Assembly: GCA_002772815.1 (NCBI GenBank)
Contig: PFDQ01000043.1
Coordinates: 15,955-65,970 of the forward strand
Origin: Candidatus Peregrinibacteria bacterium CG10_big_fil_rev_8_21_14_0_10_42_8
GTDB taxonomy: Bacteria > Patescibacteriota > Gracilibacteria > Peribacterales > Peribacteraceae
Length of the DNA stretch: 50,016 nt
Reading direction: 5' to 3'
How positions within the stretch are numbered: the first letter of the stretch is position 1; every line of letters begins with the position of its first letter. The position numbers and the translations under genes were made by a program. The notes under the pieces are model-generated. The model searched no databases, had not been told where the DNA came from, and worked only from the letters and a program-made list of their open reading frames with translations. This document shows, piece by piece, positions 19,430-28,038 of this stretch.

Positions 19430-20376
19430 GTAAGCGTATTCTTATTACAGGTGGCCACGGATTTCTTGGCACATATCTTATCGAACATTTACAAGAAAAA
19501 TATTCATCTGATTATACTCTTATAATACCTTCCCATGAGGATTGTGACATAAGAGTACAAGTAGATGTGGAGAAATTATTTCAAAACAGCAAACCAGATA
19601 TGGTTGTACATTTAGCTGCAAAAGTAGGAGGAATTGGAGAGAATCGTAGTTTTCCTGGTCAGTTATTTTATGACAACGCAATGATGGGGATGATATTGAT
19701 GGAAAGCGCAAGAAAGTATGGTGTAGAGAAGTATATTACTATTGGAACAGTATGTTCGTATCCTTCGCATACGCCAATTCCTTTCAAGGAGGATGCTCTA
19801 TGGGATGGCTATCCAGAGCCAACAAATGCGCCATATGGGATTGCCAAGAAAATGCTTCTGACACAGGCACGTGCTTACGAGCAAGAGTATGGCTTTCACT
19901 CAAATTACTTAATCCTGACCAATTTATACGGACCAAAAGATTCTATCGATTTGCAGTCATCACATGTAGTACCAGCATTGATTCGAAAATTCTGTGATGC
20001 AGTAGAAGAAGGAAAAAGAGAAGTAGTATTATGGGGTGATGGCACACCAACAAGAGATCTTCTGTATGTCACAGATGCCGTAGAAGGAATTGTATCAACA
20101 ATGCAAAATTCCATACCTCTCATGCCAATCAATATTGGATCAGGTCAAGATGTATCAATTGCACATCTTGCTACAATGATCGCAGCGATATCGGGATATA
20201 ATGGAGACATAACATGGGATACAACATATTCTAATGGCCAAATGAACAGGAGAGTGGATACATCTCTAGCAAAAGAATATTTAGACTTTCAAGCAAAGAT
20301 GCCCTTACAGGAAGGTCTAGAAAGTACAGTTGCGTGGTATAAAAAAGAGAAGTTACCGACGTCGGTAATTGTGTAG
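19426..20376 (+). CDS. fcl: GDP-L-fucose synthase (GDP-4-keto-6-deoxy-D-mannose 3,5-epimerase/4-reductase)
   Basis: MSKRILITGGHGFLG (Rossmann), VVHLAAKVGGIGEN, NAPYGIAKKM (YxxxK). Overall typical of Fcl/WcaG. Confidence 0.85.
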   Translation: MSKRILITGGHGFLGTYLIEHLQEKYSSDYTLIIPSHEDCDIRVQVDVEKLFQNSKPDMVVHLAAKVGGIGENRSFPGQLFYDNAMMGMILMESARKYGVEKYITIGTVCSYPSHTPIPFKEDALWDGYPEPTNAPYGIAKKMLLTQARAYEQEYGFHSNYLILTNLYGPKDSIDLQSSHVVPALIRKFCDAVEEGKREVVLWGDGTPTRDLLYVTDAVEGIVSTMQNSIPLMPINIGSGQDVSIAHLATMIAAISGYNGDITWDTTYSNGQMNRRVDTSLAKEYLDFQAKMPLQEGLESTVAWYKKEKLPTSVIV

Positions 20377-21369
20377 CTTTACAGTATAAAGTGTATTTTC
20401 TGGGAATTCTGGAATATGAAGTATAGGCCCCCATGTTTTGATGGATCTCATATTTGGTAGTAGTTCTGTCTGTATAACAGTGCCATACAGATTTGATGTA
20501 TGTTTTGCAATTCCAGACGTATCGTTGCCAAAATATTCTGTATGCGCAATGGTCCCAGAGATATATGTATTATTTTTAAATGCAGTCATGCTTCGCTGGA
20601 AAAAGAAGTCATCTAAGAAATCATCTTCATAAAGCATGGAAACGTATTGAGGCTCCATAGCATTAATGCATTCATGAATATGCTTTCCAAAATTATCTTC
20701 AGTGTCATACTGTATTTTCACAGATATATCCGAATGATAACGGATAAGTGGCAACGCCCTTTTTTTTTCGCTCAGGACAAGTATGTATGTCGGCTTAATG
20801 GTTTGAAGGAAAACACTATCAATGCATTGCGCAATATACCGATGAGAGTTGGCGATAATGACCACCAACATATTCACCAAAAAGTCTTTTTCTATTGATC
20901 TTTGTTTAAGACAGTGAGAGCGACAAAGAATAGGAACGGATTCTTCAATATCTTCATCTATTGAAGATGAAGAGGGTACAGGAGTTGGTACGAATTCGTT
21001 TGGTATGGTGATGTGCTGAATATCTGACACTTGTTCGAGCAATTCAGTTGCTTGCCGTAGGCTATCCGTTGGTAATCTATGGCCATTTGGAAGAATGCAG
21101 ACGTACGCACTGCTATGTGTTGGATATGTTGTTTGAAACACTACAGTTGGAAACTCTGACATGCAGGTTGCTATGTATTCATCTTTCGCTCTATACAAAA
21201 CAAAGATTTTTTTAAACGGTAGAGATTGCGTACTAACGCTATTGAGTGTGTCTGATAAGTATCTATGATTATTCCCATGAATAATAGCAATAGCATTAGA
21301 AGTTTTGGCAGTCACATATAAATCATGCTCTGTATGTACTGTCTGTGAAAAGACGGAATCATTCTTCAT
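20353..21369 (-). CDS. Hypothetical protein with two tandem degenerate GT-A(GT2)-like N-terminal modules
   Basis: The modules are AIAIIHGNNHRYLSDTLNSVSTQSLPFKKIFVL and MLVVIIANSHRYIAQCIDSVFLQTIKPTYILVL. Both lack a canonical DD/DxD motif after the beta-strand. Confidence 0.55.
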   Translation of the reverse strand: MKNDSVFSQTVHTEHDLYVTAKTSNAIAIIHGNNHRYLSDTLNSVSTQSLPFKKIFVLYRAKDEYIATCMSEFPTVVFQTTYPTHSSAYVCILPNGHRLPTDSLRQATELLEQVSDIQHITIPNEFVPTPVPSSSSIDEDIEESVPILCRSHCLKQRSIEKDFLVNMLVVIIANSHRYIAQCIDSVFLQTIKPTYILVLSEKKRALPLIRYHSDISVKIQYDTEDNFGKHIHECINAMEPQYVSMLYEDDFLDDFFFQRSMTAFKNNTYISGTIAHTEYFGNDTSGIAKHTSNLYGTVIQTELLPNMRSIKTWGPILHIPEFPENTLYTVKLHNYRRR

Positions 21370-21420
21370 AGAGGTGCTAAAGCTTACAATACAGGTAACA
21401 TGTTTCCTAGGAGCATTGCA

Positions 21421-22167
21421 CTATACTTTTTGCAACCACAAGCTGCCACCATGAGGATCATTCATGGATGGCAATGATTGTTGAAATTCTTCTGTATAGT
21501 GATGCGACATATACGATGAAAAACATTGAAGCGTATACTGAGGATTTTCTTTTAAGAAAGATTCGAGTATTTGTACTTCATTCCAATCGGTATTATTCCA
21601 CTCAGTTGGGTATTGAAAATTATAAAATATATCATGAAAATGAATATGTACTCCACTGCGTACAACAGGAAGGATACGATGTATCATATCAAATACGTCA
21701 CTTCCAGGAGAGTACAGATGCGATGAATCAATAAAAAGAATATCTCCTTCTCGTAGTGAGACAAAAGAAGTAAGGTCTATATTTTGAATAGGGCTTTCTA
21801 CAATAATATTTTTACAAAGGTCTGTAGGACGGCAAAACTTTTTGAGTGCAGAGGTATCAATGTCGATAAATGTACAGTTGATGTTATTGTCAAAATACTG
21901 CTCGTTTGTATCGAGGATCATACAGCTACTCATTCCACATCCAATTTCAATAATATGTGCAGGCTTCATTGTTCGGATCATACAGTGTAGTACGAGTGCA
22001 TCAGAGTAGTTGAATCGACCATTATGTTTTTTATATCGTGATTGATTGTTTTCTATACGAGAAACAATCTCTGAACAATCAATACAAGAAAAGGATTTCA
22101 AAAGTGCTAACTGCTCTGCACATCGCAGGTCTATATCGGCAAAAAGAGGTGAACACGTGGTGAGCAT
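21421..22167 (-). CDS. Class I SAM-dependent methyltransferase (Methyltransf_24-like)
   Basis: IIEIGCGMSSCMILD (motif I), ILFIDSSH, HIHFHDIF. Confidence 0.7.
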   Translation of the reverse strand: MLTTCSPLFADIDLRCAEQLALLKSFSCIDCSEIVSRIENNQSRYKKHNGRFNYSDALVLHCMIRTMKPAHIIEIGCGMSSCMILDTNEQYFDNNINCTFIDIDTSALKKFCRPTDLCKNIIVESPIQNIDLTSFVSLREGDILFIDSSHLYSPGSDVFDMIHRILPVVRSGVHIHFHDIFYNFQYPTEWNNTDWNEVQILESFLKENPQYTLQCFSSYMSHHYTEEFQQSLPSMNDPHGGSLWLQKV

Positions 22168-22763
22168 TACAGGGACAAATCATCCGCCACTGCCTTCATT
22201 GCATCAAGTGTTATCTGAATAAATTCATCAAGCTCGATATCAAGTAATTCTTTGCAAGAACCAATTTGTGCACGGTCAACTTGCGCTGCAAAGCCTTTGT
22301 CTTTTAGTTTCTTCTTTACACTCTGTACTTCAACATCAGCAATCTTTTTACTTGGTCGTACGTATGTCACAGCGATAATAAAACCGGTGAGTTCATCCAC
22401 ACAGTAGAGGCATTTTCGTAGCATCGTATCGAGAGGATACTCTTCCCCGTATTTGGCTTGATAGTGGGCTCGGATGTCTCCGAGGAGTTCTGCAGGAGCA
22501 TCAATAGTTTTCAATAAGTTTTCAAGTGTGTCACCACAGTGAGCTTCATAGTCTTTATCAAGCTGGTCCCAGTCGAGATCGTGAAGCATACCAGCTACTT
22601 TCCATGTTTGTTCGTCGCCACCAAATTTCTTGGCAAGTGCCTGCATAGCAGCACCTGTTGCAACGAGGTGTGCCTTTGTTGCGTCTGCATGTTCTTCTAA
22701 AAGGCCATGGGCCGCTGGGAGTAAGTGTCCGTAGTCTGCGTGTTCAAGGAGGAGGTTTGTCAT
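22167..22763 (-). CDS. HD-domain phosphohydrolase
   Basis: The motif ...GMLHDLDWD... in an all-helical 198-aa protein. TAATG-type 1-nt overlap with the downstream methyltransferase. Confidence 0.65.
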   Translation of the reverse strand: MTNLLLEHADYGHLLPAAHGLLEEHADATKAHLVATGAAMQALAKKFGGDEQTWKVAGMLHDLDWDQLDKDYEAHCGDTLENLLKTIDAPAELLGDIRAHYQAKYGEEYPLDTMLRKCLYCVDELTGFIIAVTYVRPSKKIADVEVQSVKKKLKDKGFAAQVDRAQIGSCKELLDIELDEFIQITLDAMKAVADDLSL

Positions 22764-22768
22764 AAGAA

Positions 22769-24358
22769 TTAAGAGGAAGAAGCTATGAGCATATCCGCAA
22801 CTTTCTGTTGGTCAAGAGTGCTTAAAAACCATCCAACTTGTGGCCCACTTGTTCTATTGATAAAGATTCGATACAGCGGCTGGAAGATTTCTTTTGGTGT
22901 GAGTTCAAACTCTTCTTTTGTTCTATGAATTTTGTCATGCACTGTTTCACCACTCCATTCTTTGAGGTCACCAAGTCTTTTTCCTAATTCGTGGAGTGCT
23001 TTCTTTTGCTTGTCATTAAGATCGAGACCATCTGGAGTAGTATCTTGAATGACAAATTTATACTCTGCAGGTGCAAGTGTATCGATCCACTTCTTCACAT
23101 AACTAGCACGTTCATGTAGTGCAATTTTTTCTGCTTCTGTTAGGGCTTTGCCCTTCAGCTTCTCTGCCTCAGTTTCAATGTCTAGATGTGGCATTTGCAC
23201 AACAAAGCTTAGGGATTGGAACCGCATTTCCCAGAGGTCTTCTGGTTCTTTTAAAGGATCTATTTGAGCAAGAGCAAAAGGCCTCGCATACCCAACAAAT
23301 GGTTCTGCGTGTCTGTTGAAATAGTGGTCTGCGCATCGGTCGTATTCATCGAAGAGATTAGGAATAGTCTTTCCTTCAGGGTCAAAGTCAATTGGCTGAC
23401 GTGGTTCTTTGCGAATCATCAAGAACTTTAGAATCTTTGGTGGAAGTAAGTCGGCAACTTCTTTTGCAGATGCACCAAGGCCTTTACTTGCACTCATCTT
23501 CTTTCCTTGGAAGTTAAAGAACTCATACGCAACATCAAAAGGGGCAGGGTAGTGAAATATTTCTTCAGAGATCTTCGCCGCCACTTCACGTGAACCTCCT
23601 GCGGCATAGTGGTCTTTCCCCCCTCCTTCGATGTCCACACCAAGTACTTTCCACTTTGCAGCCCACTCAGGCTTCCAAGGTAATGTTGCATTGCCATCAA
23701 ATGGACTCATTGTTCCCTTATGCCCACACCCTTCAGCCCACTTAACGTAGTGCTTCTTACATTCGTAGGTCACTTCATTTCCGTCCCACGCAGTTACTTT
23801 TGTCGTACCAATTTTACCGCATCTAGGGCAGATAACATTAAGAGGGAACCAATCGTCTGGCTTTCCACCACCACTTACTTCTTGGTAAATTTCCCGAATA
23901 CGCGCTGCACCGTCCAGTGCTTCGCGAATCACTTCATTAAATTTTCCCGCAAGATAGAGGGGACGAAGGTGATACCATTCAATAGGGAGCCCCATTGGGT
24001 TAACAGCGAGTTTGAGCTCTTCACCAAAACCTGTTGTGAAGTTGTCTTCTCCTTCATGTACAGGAGGGACAGCAAAGAGAGGTTTGCCCATATGCGGAGC
24101 AAATTTCTCTTGGTCGATGTTGATAGGGAGGCCATCCATAGGATCGTTATCATTGAGCTCATACATAAATATACTTTTCACATGTTGCTCTGCAAGTACC
24201 TGGGCAATAATCCCATGCAGTACAATTCCCCGAAGAGAACCGACATGCACGCGTCCGGATAATGTTTTTTCATCACGAATAATAAGAGGGGAGTCATCTG
24301 CAATTTTTTTATGAAATCGCTCTTTTATCTGCTCTGTAAATTCCTCTGTCCAAAACAT
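22769..24358 (-). CDS. lysK: Lysyl-tRNA synthetase, class I (archaeal-type)
   Basis: An internal ATG was chosen. HIGH-like SGRVHVGSLRG and KMSKS-like KKMSASKG. About 530 aa. The zinc-knuckle-like CPRCGK..CKKH insertion is typical of class I LysRS. Confidence 0.85.
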   Translation of the reverse strand: MFWTEEFTEQIKERFHKKIADDSPLIIRDEKTLSGRVHVGSLRGIVLHGIIAQVLAEQHVKSIFMYELNDNDPMDGLPINIDQEKFAPHMGKPLFAVPPVHEGEDNFTTGFGEELKLAVNPMGLPIEWYHLRPLYLAGKFNEVIREALDGAARIREIYQEVSGGGKPDDWFPLNVICPRCGKIGTTKVTAWDGNEVTYECKKHYVKWAEGCGHKGTMSPFDGNATLPWKPEWAAKWKVLGVDIEGGGKDHYAAGGSREVAAKISEEIFHYPAPFDVAYEFFNFQGKKMSASKGLGASAKEVADLLPPKILKFLMIRKEPRQPIDFDPEGKTIPNLFDEYDRCADHYFNRHAEPFVGYARPFALAQIDPLKEPEDLWEMRFQSLSFVVQMPHLDIETEAEKLKGKALTEAEKIALHERASYVKKWIDTLAPAEYKFVIQDTTPDGLDLNDKQKKALHELGKRLGDLKEWSGETVHDKIHRTKEEFELTPKEIFQPLYRIFINRTSGPQVGWFLSTLDQQKVADMLIASSS

Positions 24359-24364
24359 AACTGC

Positions 24365-24373
24365 AGTATAGCA
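24365..24373 (-). promoter_or_regulatory. Extended -10 box TGcTATACT
   Basis: Lies 6 nt upstream of the LysRS ATG (24358), compatible with a leaderless transcript. Confidence 0.45.
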
Positions 24374-24437
24374 AGGAGAACGGTATGATGACAGTAACAT
24401 TTGCGAAAAAGATAGTGAGGAGATACAGTGTTTTTCT

Positions 24438-24815
24438 ATGAAAACAGGACTCTTTGTCGGGCGATTTCAACCATTTCACGATGGGCACAGAAAATGTATC
24501 GAGAAGATTCTTGAAACATGCGATAAGTGCATCGTACAAATGCGCGAAACAGAGAAGACAGAAAAAAATCCATTCGACTTCGAAAAGCGCAAAGCGATGA
24601 TTCGCGCAGCATTCCCAGATGAAAACCAAGTAGAGATCACTGCATTTTTGGACTCAGGTGCAGAACTTGCAGTCTTCATTGGTCGTGATGTTGGGTACGA
24701 GTTAATACAGCTCGACGAAAAAACAGAAAATATTTCTGCAACAGACATCCGCAAAAAACTCTACGATAACGCAGGAAAAACATACGATAAAGATGCTCAC
24801 CTTAAAGTAAAATAA
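24438..24815 (+). CDS. Minimal HIGH-motif nucleotidyltransferase (cytidylyltransferase/NMNAT-like), 125 aa
   Basis: GRFQPFHDGH (HxGH motif) and ISATDIRKK (ISxTxxR motif). TAATG overlap with cysC. Confidence 0.7.
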   Translation: MKTGLFVGRFQPFHDGHRKCIEKILETCDKCIVQMRETEKTEKNPFDFEKRKAMIRAAFPDENQVEITAFLDSGAELAVFIGRDVGYELIQLDEKTENISATDIRKKLYDNAGKTYDKDAHLKVK

Positions 24816-25306
24816 TGGCTGCACGTTTTCCAATTGTATGGCTCACAGGAAACAGTGGTGCTGGAAAAAGCACACTCGCATTCGCACTCCGTGAGAGGTG
24901 TAATGAATATGAAAATGCATCACACCCAATGGCAAGGCGCGTGGTGGTGCTTGATGGTGATGAAATGCGTGAAACAATTTCTCGTGATGAAGGGTTTAGT
25001 CCAGAGGACAGACGAAAACACAACATGCGTGTTGCAAGACTAGCCACACTGCTTCGCGATAGTGGGCATCTCGTTATTGTTGCTGTTATTGCACCGTTTG
25101 AATCTGTACGTGCAGAGCTTCAGGTTATGTGTAATCCTCTGTGGGTGTATATCAAGAGAAGTGGGCTTGGTGCTGCAGACCGTCCATACGAAGCACCTAA
25201 AAACCCAGATCTTCTTATTGATAACGACATACTCTCTATTGAGGAAGCACAAGAGATATTTGGATCCTTCCTCGAAGAGAAGATTTTGTCTGGAGCAAAG
25301 GTGTAG
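24815..25306 (+). CDS. cysC: Adenylylsulfate (APS) kinase
   Basis: IVWLTGNSGAGKSTLAFAL (P-loop), VLDGDEMR, and FSPEDRRKHNMRVARLA typical of CysC. Confidence 0.85.
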   Translation: MAARFPIVWLTGNSGAGKSTLAFALRERCNEYENASHPMARRVVVLDGDEMRETISRDEGFSPEDRRKHNMRVARLATLLRDSGHLVIVAVIAPFESVRAELQVMCNPLWVYIKRSGLGAADRPYEAPKNPDLLIDNDILSIEEAQEIFGSFLEEKILSGAKV

Positions 25307-25312
25307 TATACT
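25307..25312 (+). promoter_or_regulatory. -10 box TATACT (context TGTAGTATACT)
   Basis: Starts immediately after the cysC stop and lies 7 nt upstream of ATG 25320. Confidence 0.4.
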
Positions 25313-25319
25313 TCGTTGT

Positions 25320-25637
25320 ATGGATATATTTTTCTTACTTCTGTTCGGACACAGTCTCGCAGATTTTGCGTTGCAATCATCAGAATTTCAAAAGAAGAAA
25401 TACATAAAGCATAATAAAGAGACATGGATGTATAATCTGAGTGCTCACTCTATTATTCATGGTGGCTTTGTCGGGTTCTTTACAGGGTCTTTGTTTCTTT
25501 CACTTCTTGAGACGGTTGCTCATTGGCTCATTGATTTCGGAAGAATGGAAGGGAAGTACTCTGTGCACGTAGACCAAGCATTACATATTGCTTGTAAAGT
25601 GTTATGGGTTGGAATGCTTATGAAAGGCATGGTGTAA
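25320..25637 (+). CDS. Small membrane protein, DUF3307-like
   Basis: Internal ATG within track ORF 25062-25637. FGHSLADFALQS...HSIIHG...VAHWLIDF pattern. Confidence 0.5.
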   Translation: MDIFFLLLFGHSLADFALQSSEFQKKKYIKHNKETWMYNLSAHSIIHGGFVGFFTGSLFLSLLETVAHWLIDFGRMEGKYSVHVDQALHIACKVLWVGMLMKGMV

Positions 25638-25690
25638 AAAAGTAGCACGCCGGTCCCGAGGGGCGACGTGCTATTGATGATCCTTCATCG

Positions 25691-25879
25691 TTATTTTCCC
25701 TCTAAAGAATGTTCCCTTTGTTGCCGTTGCTCGTTTCCAGAACACCATAGAGTGATGAGGAATCCAGCAATGAGGATGACGATCCCAGGCTTGGGAAGAA
25801 AAATGAGGCCTAGCAATCCGATTGCGAGTAACAAGAGTCCGAGTGTTCTAATGAGAACAACGCTGTGTCGACGGAGCAT
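25691..25879 (-). CDS. Small two-TM membrane protein
   Basis: ATG 25879 is preceded by a canonical AAGGAGGTG with 5-nt spacing, one of the few clear SD sites in the window. Hydrophobic segments LGLLLLAIGLLGLIFL and IVILIAGFLITLW. Confidence 0.5.
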   Translation of the reverse strand: MLRRHSVVLIRTLGLLLLAIGLLGLIFLPKPGIVILIAGFLITLWCSGNEQRQQREHSLEGK

Positions 25880-25972
25880 GAGCACCTCCTTTTTTTCATA
25901 AAGCTGTAGATGGGGGGGGAAAGATCTACGTGTATATTCTACTGTACACTATACGAGGTCAAGAACACTTCC

Positions 25973-25981
25973 TGCTATACT
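25973..25981 (+). promoter_or_regulatory. Extended -10 box TGcTATACT
   Basis: Lies 7 nt upstream of ATG 25989. Confidence 0.45.
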
Positions 25982-25988
25982 TTGTAGT

Positions 25989-26468
25989 ATGAAACATCCA
26001 GTGTACGTGTTGTTATTATTCGCTCTTGGAGGGTGCTCTGCATCTTCAATGCCATTATCACGTCATGAACAGTTTATTCCAGAGACAGCAACAGTTCATC
26101 GAATCATCGATGGAGATACACTCGAAGTAGTATTGTTTGATGGTTCAGAGGAAACAGTTCGCATCATCGGGATAGATACTCCAGAATATAAAGAGTGTTA
26201 CTTCGAAGAGGCGACAGAATATTTACAACTTCTTATTTCTGATAAAAATATAGTTTTGCAGGAGCAACCAGGAGATGATCGTGACAAATACGAAAGGCTA
26301 CTCCGGTACATTCACATTGATGGAATAGACATTGGGCTACAGCTTATTACAGATGGATACGCCAGAAACTATCCGTGGTTCGACCATCCACGAGTAGAGC
26401 AGTACAGCACTCTAGAGAACAGAGCGAAGCAATTAGGTCTTGGGCTGTGGTCGGAGTGTGAGGAATGA
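25989..26468 (+). CDS. Thermonuclease (staphylococcal nuclease-like) lipoprotein
   Basis: Lipobox LFALGGC. SNase motifs IIDGDTLEV, VRIIGIDTPE and RDKYERLLRYI. Confidence 0.8.
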   Translation: MKHPVYVLLLFALGGCSASSMPLSRHEQFIPETATVHRIIDGDTLEVVLFDGSEETVRIIGIDTPEYKECYFEEATEYLQLLISDKNIVLQEQPGDDRDKYERLLRYIHIDGIDIGLQLITDGYARNYPWFDHPRVEQYSTLENRAKQLGLGLWSECEE

Positions 26469-26473
26469 ATAAG

Positions 26474-27931
26474 CTAGTATTTCACAGTAAACGGAAAAGC
26501 GGCTGTGTCTCCTTCTTTGCGGAAAAGTACGCTATAACCTTCTGGTTGTGGCAATGAAGAGGAACAAGGGCGTGATGTGATAGTGAAGTGATTCGCAATG
26601 TACGCAAATGTTTTTTGAGAGAGGAGCTGCTCTTCTGCACGGTCGCTAATCTCGTAGGTATTTCCTTTTGCAATGATGACGTCTGCTGAAGAGAATGAGT
26701 TTAGTTGCTTCTCAATAAGAAGAGGATGGTGATACACAATTGCTTCTGGGCCTGTATAAACAAAGAAGTTCAGAGGACTATGCCGCATAAATGGCATGTA
26801 TGGTCGCTCTTCAACGAAGAAATACCTATCGATACTACACGCGTCCAAAATATCATCAATGGCACCTGCAGTATATATGTTCAGTTCATCTATCCTCTGC
26901 TGTTCGCGGAGTCTTGCACTATAAACTGGAAAGCCATCACTGAGTGGAATCATGAATATTGTAAGGGTCACCAAAAAAAGTGTGGTGTGTAGGAGGCGAC
27001 GCGAACATGATCGGAGAAACACAAAAAACAGTGCACAGTACAGTGGCACGAGTATGACGAAATGATTATTGACAGGGTAGCCGCGCAGGTTTGCTGCAGT
27101 GCATGCTATATAGAGAGCAATGCAAATGTAGAAAAGACGATCCCTATTGTGCACAACAACATCGAAAAGAATAGTAAGCAGTAACACTGGAAGAAGATAT
27201 GAGTACTGGACAAGGTATAACCACACGAGGTCTAGTTGCAGCCCACGCTGCCACAGTGGCATAGACCGCGCGATATGATGGCCAAAGTTTGATGGAAGAT
27301 ACGTTCCGAAATACCCCTCTGCGAAGCCAAAAACAAACATTAATATCACACCAACAATTGCGACAATGCCAATAGGAAAAACAAAGAAAGAAACAAACTC
27401 TTTTCTACGAGGAAGTAGGAGAAGCGCACAGCCAAGAAGGACAAGAAAGAATGGCTCTTTAAAGCTGATACTCAAAAAAAGACACAGAGTAAGTAGACTC
27501 ACATATGTGAGAGTACGACGCGGTGGGAATTGCGTTAGGAGCAAAACATAGAGTATTCCAAAAAATGCACCATAGAGTTCTACTTGCCATGCGCCAGCAG
27601 TAAATGCAGTATATAATGATATGACGACACCAAACAGTGTTGCGAGAATGGTTGTAGATGTGTTGCGTGCATTGCGGTGCACAGTCAGTCCAAAAAGCAT
27701 AGGAATAAGAAGGACAATCATTCCATTACATATATTGCCAAGGAGTCCACTACCAAACAGTGCAAGAGATGCTGCACTCAAAAGGTAAATGGCAGGAGGT
27801 TTTGTGTCGAAAATGTCTGTGTACAGTTGTAGATGATTCAGTATTCCTTGCCCGACGGTAAAGTAGTATGTCGCATCACCGGCATATGCACCTTGAAAGA
27901 AATACCATGCTTGTGCAAGTAGGTGGTACAT
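26474..27931 (-). CDS. Polytopic membrane glycosyltransferase (ArnT/PMT, GT-C-like)
   Basis: 485 aa with about 11 TM segments. The N-terminal loop YAGDATYYFTVGQGI...DTKPPAIYLL resembles GT-C acceptor-loop motifs. Confidence 0.6.
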   Translation of the reverse strand: MYHLLAQAWYFFQGAYAGDATYYFTVGQGILNHLQLYTDIFDTKPPAIYLLSAASLALFGSGLLGNICNGMIVLLIPMLFGLTVHRNARNTSTTILATLFGVVISLYTAFTAGAWQVELYGAFFGILYVLLLTQFPPRRTLTYVSLLTLCLFLSISFKEPFFLVLLGCALLLLPRRKEFVSFFVFPIGIVAIVGVILMFVFGFAEGYFGTYLPSNFGHHIARSMPLWQRGLQLDLVWLYLVQYSYLLPVLLLTILFDVVVHNRDRLFYICIALYIACTAANLRGYPVNNHFVILVPLYCALFFVFLRSCSRRLLHTTLFLVTLTIFMIPLSDGFPVYSARLREQQRIDELNIYTAGAIDDILDACSIDRYFFVEERPYMPFMRHSPLNFFVYTGPEAIVYHHPLLIEKQLNSFSSADVIIAKGNTYEISDRAEEQLLSQKTFAYIANHFTITSRPCSSSLPQPEGYSVLFRKEGDTAAFPFTVKY

Positions 27932-28023
27932 CCCTTTTATGGCTGCAAGTAGTATAAAAACCCGAAGAAGTATATCAGCATATTTTTTTATGCACGGGAC
28001 TATACAGGACGGGTGTCTCTCTA

Positions 28024-28032
28024 TGCTATACT
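28024..28032 (+). promoter_or_regulatory. Extended -10 box TGcTATACT
   Basis: Lies 6 nt upstream of ATG 28039. Confidence 0.45.
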
Positions 28033-28038
28033 CTGTTT

